Positions 63,427 through 64,000 of a stretch of DNA of 64,000 nt are shown piece after piece. The notes beneath the pieces were generated by a model, which was not told the DNA's origin, did not search any database, and saw only the letters and a program-made list of their open reading frames with translations. Position 1 is the first letter of the stretch. Every line of letters starts with the position of its first letter. The stretch comes from Tubulanus polymorphus (taxonomy: Eukaryota > Animalia > Nemertea), in contig NC_134027.1 in NCBI RefSeq assembly GCF_964204645.1, positions 16,214,485 through 16,278,484 of the forward strand, given 5' to 3'. Both the position numbers and the translations under genes were made by a program.

Positions 63427-64000
63427 AACTAGGGGTCCGGGGACACCATGCCCACTTGGAAAGTGGTTTCAAATGTAACAATTTCAATATTCGACGCCCC
63501 CTGGTGACGATATACAAAAACCAATGACCTTGAAACTCACCACAATCATAAAACATGTCTGCAGCTACGATTTTTTAATCAATTGTGATAACAAAATATT
63601 CCCCGTTACCAGTTTAATGTGGAAATACTAAGTTATTCTACTATTCAACGCCCCCTGGTGACCATATGCAAAACCCAATGAACTTGAAACTCACCACAAT
63701 CATAGAACATGTCATGAACTACATCTTTGCAATTGATCATGGTAAAATTGATGATGCAATTGATCTTAGGCAAAATATGCCTAAGTACCAATCTAATAAG
63801 GAAATACCTAGTTATTCTACTATTCAACGGTGACCTTATAGAATAACGAATGTCCTTAAAAATCACCACAATCATAGACAATGTAATGAGCTACAAGTGT
63901 GCAATTGATTGTGGTTACAAAATAGGTACATAAATAATATAGAAATTGTATTAATCAACACCCCCTGGTGGCCACATACAAAAACCAATGACCTTGAAAC
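63427..64000 (+). mobile_element. HINE/DINE-1-like element, runs off window
   Basis: Same 5' end and tandem units as 51019. Confidence 0.78.

Overview
AT-rich animal (invertebrate-like) genomic DNA. The only host gene I can see is an ERC1/2 (ELKS/CAST/Bruchpilot-family) active-zone scaffold on the minus strand. Four phase-compatible GT-AG exons are visible (63110-63250, 60866-61068, 56530-56665, 12748-12879), and one ~43.6 kb intron is filled with nested mobile DNA. That intron holds a decayed Polinton/Maverick (adintovirus-like) element at ~18.5-32.8 kb: protein-primed PolB, membrane proteins, truncated major capsid protein, integrase with chromodomain, truncated packaging ATPase. Its polymerase is interrupted exactly at the catalytic YxD/TD motif by a ~1 kb intein with a LAGLIDADG homing endonuclease, which is the most striking feature of the window. 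Also present: a second, inverted Polinton remnant; a Kolobok-type element (spliced DDE transposase plus a convergent P2X7-ballast-like/KolX gene) nested in an EnSpm-like element; a piggyBac inserted precisely into a chromodomain-bearing Gypsy pol; a 3563-bp near-perfect tandem duplication carrying a Penelope fragment with a hammerhead ribozyme; many MITEs; and Helentron-associated (HINE/DINE-like) repeats. Family assignments come from motif recognition by eye, not from database searches.
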